Source: Candidatus Poribacteria bacterium
Lineage (GTDB): Bacteria > Poribacteria > WGA-4E > UBA9662
Assembly: GCA_036339735.1 (NCBI GenBank)
Contig: JAYZAL010000016.1
Coordinates: 23,499 to 87,498, forward strand
Reading direction: 5' to 3'
Length of the DNA: 64,000 nt
Shown here: positions 60,428 to 64,000 of the stretch, in pieces
How positions within the stretch are numbered: position 1 is the stretch's first letter
Layout: every line of letters starts with the position of its first letter
Translations under genes and position numbers: made by a program
Notes under the pieces: model-generated
The model's input: only the letters and a program-made list of their open reading frames with translations
Database searches by the model: none
What the model was told of the DNA's origin: nothing

Positions 60428-60826
60428 ATGAAGAAAAGAAAAGTCTCCACCTCATTGCAGCCTAAAGTCGAAACTAACGATAACCAAGGATGGCAACAAC
60501 TCAAAATTGAAGATGCCATACGTCAGGTTAATGCTGCTTCTAAGCTAGAAAATGCAGTAGGCTTTCAAGAAGTTTTAGACGCCTTTCAGACGATGAATAA
60601 ACACATAGCATTGGCCAAAGATCAAGCTGAGTGGTTATTACAAAACAGTCCATACCCCAGTATCTTAGGAAAATTTCATTCAGCTGGAGTGTTGAACGAT
60701 ATTTCGTTCCGCTTGCACTGGAAATCAGCTCGTATCGTGATTCAACTTTATGATCAGATGGCTGAAGATTATGATTTGGAAAGTGTAGAAACAGTCGACG
60801 ATGTAACTAATGAACCGAATAAGTAG
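60428..60826 (+). CDS. Hypothetical protein
   Basis: 132-aa ORF 14 nt after the sulfatase stop; no recognisable motif. Confidence 0.55.
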   Translation: MKKRKVSTSLQPKVETNDNQGWQQLKIEDAIRQVNAASKLENAVGFQEVLDAFQTMNKHIALAKDQAEWLLQNSPYPSILGKFHSAGVLNDISFRLHWKSARIVIQLYDQMAEDYDLESVETVDDVTNEPNK

Positions 60827-61296
60827 TTCAGAAATGCTCAAAATCAAAGGTAAGTAAATATACAAAAGATTAATCAACCCACCAGAAACAATAGCAGTTG
60901 CAATAGTCGGCCGGACCTCTACACCCAATTGCATAAAAATAACCACAAGAATTCGTGAGTTCTGTCCGGCTGTACTTACTGAAGTAATATCGTTAAAAGG
61001 CGTACTAATTAATAATGCCGACCAAAAGATTGAAAGAATGAATATAGGTAAAACTAGTCAATTCAGAGACAAGTGCTCGAAAATTAGTAAAGCCAGTAAT
61101 AGATTAGTTTAGTCCTATGGGTTCAACCATTGGCTTAGTAGGAGATCTAAATCACTCTAGAAACAGGTGAGGGTTTTGGCCGGTATGTAGCCAAACAGTT
61201 ATTTGTACGGGGGTGTCTCTTCACACCACAAAGGAATAAAGAAAGCAACACCAAGATGTGAGTTGTCGTCTTTTTATCATAATGGGTAAAACATAT

Positions 61297-62181
61297 ATGC
61301 AGATACCAAAAATCGAGCCAAATGAAGTGATCGGTTTCATGAATATCGATACCACCGACTTTGGTAACTTAACATTAGCTGATCAAATTCGCCACTTTGA
61401 AGTTGAAGGCTATGTCCTTCTTCCCAACATATTAACAGAAAATCATATTGATCAACTAAAAGAGCAATTAGTTAATATTCCAATGGAACCCAAGCCGTAT
61501 AGTGATTACCAAAAAATGGCCTGTGTTCAACCGCAATGGCACAGCCGGATAGTGGCAGAACTAATTGGTTATCCTCCTATGATTTCGTTTTTGACGAATT
61601 TAATGGGTCCTGACATTGTTTTTACCCGTGGTTTTTTCCAACGAACACATCCTGGTTCACCCGGCATTTCTATGCATACCGATGGCCAGCCTCACGGTTC
61701 TTCGATATTCGATTATGAAGGAAGTAGCCCACGCCTTCTACGTGTTCTATACTATCTAGATGATCTGACTGAAGAACGAGCACCATTTCGTTTAATTCCA
61801 CGGACGCATCTCTCTTTTCATGCGCAGGCAAACCCTTATTTGAGGTACAAGTCACATCCGCAAGAGATCACGCTTCTTGCTCCAGCAGGATCAGCAGTGG
61901 TAATTCCCAGCACACTGTTTCATGGTACGCACCCTAACACCGATTCCAAATATCGTGAGCTGATTCAATTCGGTTATCGACCGGCTTGGGCTGGACCAAT
62001 CCAACCAGTTCCAGAGTGGGATACAGAACTGATTGCGAATGCGCCAGAACAAGCCAAACCGTTTCTGCAGAGCCCTAATACTACTGGTGGTGTTTGGGGG
62101 CTAGAACATAAGCCAAAAGGAATGCCAACCTCTGCGTCAGGTATTAACCCTGATCGTTGGTATACCAATAGGAAAAATTAA
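61297..62181 (+). CDS. Phytanoyl-CoA dioxygenase (PhyH) family protein
   Basis: FEVEGYVLLPNIL, MHTDG, YYLDDLT, IPRTH, AGSAV....LFHG..PN, R. Confidence 0.85.
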   Translation: MQIPKIEPNEVIGFMNIDTTDFGNLTLADQIRHFEVEGYVLLPNILTENHIDQLKEQLVNIPMEPKPYSDYQKMACVQPQWHSRIVAELIGYPPMISFLTNLMGPDIVFTRGFFQRTHPGSPGISMHTDGQPHGSSIFDYEGSSPRLLRVLYYLDDLTEERAPFRLIPRTHLSFHAQANPYLRYKSHPQEITLLAPAGSAVVIPSTLFHGTHPNTDSKYRELIQFGYRPAWAGPIQPVPEWDTELIANAPEQAKPFLQSPNTTGGVWGLEHKPKGMPTSASGINPDRWYTNRKN

Positions 62182-62393
62182 ATGAATCATCGGCTGGAGA
62201 GTCGAGTTTCCTACCTGACTAGCCCTTGCTTAGTCGAAAAAGAGTAATCTTGTCCTGGTTAATCTGGAATCTGAAATAACTGAAAAAAACTACCATCATG
62301 ATAGTAGTTAGTTATATTGTAAACACGCTGGTTCGGCCAGGTTGAAAATTGTATACCTAACGACTTAACAACTAGTAGTATTCGAGTTGAATA

Positions 62394-62846
62394 ATGAAAG
62401 TGAAATCACGCATGGCTACATTGGATAACATCCATGATTTAGTTCGTCTCAATGCTTTGTTCAACGGAGTTCGGGTAAAATTCGATCATTTGAGTACGCA
62501 ATTCGATTATCCGCATCGCGTTGAAACGCCAATTGTTGTAGAGGTGTATAATCGAATTGTCGGATTTGCTAGCCTATGTCTAGTACCACATATATTTTAT
62601 GACAAACCTCATGCAGAGCCCACTGAGTTATTTGTCGAAAAACCTTACCGTCGTCGGGGTATTGGACGTTTACTAGTTACTCATATAGAGCGTTTGACAT
62701 ACGAAGGTGGTGCAAGAGAATTGTTTGTTCTGACTGGTTTCGACAACGATGAAGGACAGTACTTGTATCACACAATCGGGTACGCAGACAATGATCGTGC
62801 AATGTCAAAAGACCTGTTGGATAAAATAACCACTATTGACAGCTAG
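62394..62846 (+). CDS. GNAT family N-acetyltransferase
   Basis: IVGFA, ELFV...YRRRGIGRLLV, N......Y..IGY. Confidence 0.85.
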   Translation: MKVKSRMATLDNIHDLVRLNALFNGVRVKFDHLSTQFDYPHRVETPIVVEVYNRIVGFASLCLVPHIFYDKPHAEPTELFVEKPYRRRGIGRLLVTHIERLTYEGGARELFVLTGFDNDEGQYLYHTIGYADNDRAMSKDLLDKITTIDS

Positions 62847-63270
62847 TCAAAGAAAAAAGAAGTCTACTTTTGAAGATGATCAATCGGTCCATAGGCTGGG
62901 TCTGCCCCTCCTATTGATAATAACCCAAAACATATTCGCTTTTTATGTGGTCAATGTTCGCCCATTATTCCATATAATCTTCTGGAATTAGTTCTAATCA
63001 CTACTCAAAAACGGTCCAGATAAAGCCTAATCCCCTCCTAAATATCGGTATCAATCGTTAGTTGGCTTGTTATTCCAATTAAAAATCAATTCCTCATTTT
63101 TATCTAATTTCCTACTACAAACCCCAAACAATCTGGATATAAGCCTACGATATTACTCACATACCATATATCTAAATTCATCTGTGGTTTGTTCCATTTT
63201 TCTTTTTTAATTGACCAATTTAGCCTAATAATGTAACTATCAAGGACGAAGTCATAGGATAATATGCTTT

Positions 63271-64000
63271 ATGAAACCAAATGTTTTATGGATCTATGGT
63301 GAGGACTTATACCCCGATTTAGCTTGCTACGGAAATCAGACAGTTCAAACCCCTGTACTAGATCATTTTGCTTCTGAGGGGGTTTTATATACCAACGCTT
63401 ATGCGACTAGCCCCGTCTGTTCACCCAGTCGTTCAGCTATGATTACAGGGCGTTACCAAACCAGTTTTGGGGCACATAATCACCGTAGTTGTCGACAGAA
63501 ACCACTTGATGCGAATATTGGGCTGGTGACTGAGTATTTCAGAGAGGCAGGTTATTTTACCTGTAACAGTAGTGGTCCACCCTATCAACAACCAGGTAAA
63601 ACCGATTTTAACTTTCTTCGAACAAATCCATTTGATGGTGTCCATTGGTCGGAAAGACAAACGGATCAACCATTCTATGCTCAGATCAATATTACGGATA
63701 CTCACCGTGATTTTAGCCCTGATCTGGCCAACCCTATCAATCCCAAACAGGTTGACTTGCCGCCGTACTATCCAGATCATCCCTTAATTCAGAAGGACTG
63801 GGCAATGTGGTTAGAAAGTATTCAAATATTTGATCGTAAGGTTGGTCAGATTCTACGTTGCTTGGAAAAAGATGGCCTGAAAAGTAATACAATTGTTTTT
63901 ATTATTAGTGATCATGGTCGTGCTCATATTCGGGACAAGCAGTTTTTGTATGACGGAGGTATTCGTATTCCTTGTATCGTTCGTTGGCCGGACAGAATTG
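63271..64000 (+). CDS. Cys-type sulfatase, S1 family; runs off the right edge
   Basis: Manual translation MKPNVLWIYGEDLYPDLACYG...TPVLD..A.EG...PVCSPSRSAMITG...SDHG...LYDGGIRIP; absent from the ORF track. Confidence 0.9.
   Translation, partial: MKPNVLWIYGEDLYPDLACYGNQTVQTPVLDHFASEGVLYTNAYATSPVCSPSRSAMITGRYQTSFGAHNHRSCRQKPLDANIGLVTEYFREAGYFTCNSSGPPYQQPGKTDFNFLRTNPFDGVHWSERQTDQPFYAQINITDTHRDFSPDLANPINPKQVDLPPYYPDHPLIQKDWAMWLESIQIFDRKVGQILRCLEKDGLKSNTIVFIISDHGRAHIRDKQFLYDGGIRIPCIVRWPDRI

Noticed and set aside
62850-63270. Possible decayed gene in the intergenic region
   Set aside because: The frames examined had multiple stops and no recognisable motif
63433-63787. Two short ORFs in the track
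   Set aside because: Shadows of the edge-truncated sulfatase starting at 63271

Overview
Bacterial chromosomal segment of roughly 40% GC (estimated by eye), mostly minus-strand genes. I found no CRISPR array, rRNA, transposase or prophage. The gene content suggests Candidatus Poribacteria or a related FCB-group lineage (inference): a 'GKLTTTW' C-terminal tail, an 'NYPNPFNPETWIPY' C-terminal domain, several sulfatases, PhyH dioxygenases, DUF1501 and TPR proteins. Housekeeping genes: five tRNAs followed by tig-clpP-clpX-lon-rqcP, plus purH, purT, trmB, dcd, moaC, mqnC, a UbiA/MqnP prenyltransferase and glnII-glnB. Main points of interest: (1) a 2051-aa gingipain/PorU-like C25 protease and two very large secreted proteins (1792 and 4181 aa) all end in a T9SS/FlgD-Ig-like C-terminal domain, and another secreted protein has a different short C-terminal tail, suggesting a surface-protein secretion and sorting system outside Bacteroidota; (2) a selenoprotein split by the ORF track, a TlpA-like lipoprotein with U-G-S-C active site and a SECIS-like hairpin; (3) a sigma70 + sigma54 + NtrC-like control region upstream of type II glutamine synthetase and PII; (4) an atypical family-4 uracil-DNA glycosylase with a beta-clamp motif; (5) a GAF-domain pseudogene.
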